Part shown: one piece after another, positions 62,968 through 64,000 of the stretch | Layout of the letters: each line of letters starts with the position of its first letter | How positions within the stretch are numbered: position 1 is the first letter of the stretch | The notes under the pieces: model-generated | Told to the model about the DNA's origin: nothing | What the model saw: only the letters and a program-made list of their open reading frames with translations | Database searches by the model: none | DNA from: the human T2T-CHM13v2.0 reference genome, Homo sapiens | Assembly: GCF_009914755.1 (NCBI RefSeq) | Contig: NC_060925.1 | DNA length: 64,000 nt | Reading direction: 5' to 3' (one strand) | Program-made: the position numbers and the translations under genes

Positions 62968-64000
62968 TGATATGATTTGGCTGCATCCCCACCAAATCGC
63001 AACTTGAATTGTGTCTCCCAGAATTCCCAGGTGTTGTGGGAGGGACCCAGGGGGAGGTAATTGAATCATGGAGGCCAGTCTTTCCCACACTAGTCTCGTG
63101 ATAGTGAATAAGTCTCACGAGATCTGATGCGTTTATCAGAGGTTTCCGCTTTTGCTTCTTCCTCATTTTCTCTTGCCACCACTAAGTAAGAAGAGCCTTT
63201 TGCCTCCCACCATGATTCTGAGGCCTTACCAGCCATGTGGAACTGTAAGTCCAATTAAACCTCTTTTTCTTCCTAGTCTTGGGTATGTCTTTATCATTAG
63301 CATGAAAATGGATTAATACAGTAAATTGGTACCAGTAGAGTGGGGCATTGCTTAAAAGATACCCGAAAATGTGGAAGCAACTTTGGAACTGGGTAATAGG
63401 CAGAAATTGGAACAGTTTGAAGGGCTCAGAAGAAGACAGGAAAATGTGGGAAATTTGGAACTTCCTGGAGACTTGTTGAATGGCTTTGCCCAAAATGCTG
63501 ATAGCAATATGGACAATAAAATCTAGGCTGGGGTGGTCTCAGATGGAGATGAGGAACTTGTTAGGAACTGGAGGAAAGGTGACTCTTGTTATGTTTTAGC
63601 AAAGAGACTGGCAGCATTTTGCCCCTGCCCTAGAGATCTGTGGAACTTTGAACTCGAAAGATGATTTAGGGTGTCTGGTAGAAGAAATTTCTACGCAGCA
63701 AAGCATTCAAGTGGTGATTTGGGTACTATTAAAGGCATTCAGTTTTAAAAGGGAAACAGAACATAAAAGTTCAGAAAATTTGTGGCCTGACTATGCAATA
63801 GAAAAGAAAAACCCATTCTGGGGGGGAGAAATTCAAGCCAGCTGCAGAAGTTTGCACAAGTAGCAAGGAGCCTAATGTTAATTCCCTAGACCATGGGGAA
63901 AATGTCTCCAGGCCACATCAGAGACCTTTACAGCAGCCCCTCCCATCACGGGCTTGGAGGCCCAGGAGAAAAAAGTGGTTTCATGGGCTGGGACCAGGGT
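62968..64000 (+). mobile_element. THE1 (MaLR): 5' LTR 62968-63320 plus internal region, truncated by window end
   Basis: TGATATGATTTGGCTG...GGATTAATACA followed by THE1-int GTAAATTGGTACCAGTAGAGTGGGG. Confidence 0.88.

Overview
Primate (human-like) genomic DNA, dominated by repeats, containing the 5' half of IL23R on the + strand. It holds non-coding exon 1 (~22027-22082) and coding exons 2-6 (codons 1-266), all with GT-AG junctions and consistent phases. It also contains two full-length inactivated L1s on the - strand (L1PA8-like upstream; L1PA4-like in intron 3), a solo HERV-W LTR17, MaLR/ERV1 LTRs, a THE1 element running off the right edge, a U6 pseudogene and about 30 Alus. Main unexplained observations: (1) a 16-copy self-complementary 28-bp minisatellite packed with GATA sites, next to a triplicated AP-1 site, inside one MST LTR ~7 kb upstream of IL23R; (2) the intron-3 L1 has a 19-bp TSD, a ~165-bp 3' transduction, and a 5' end ~55 bp from exon 4 with its antisense promoter facing IL23R; (3) a spliced 59-codon uORF overlapping the IL23R start; (4) several locally templated insertion scars; (5) perfect ROR elements in the promoter and intron 3. 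Repeat subfamily names come from recalled consensus sequences, not a RepeatMasker run. Repeat boundaries are approximate unless a TSD is given.
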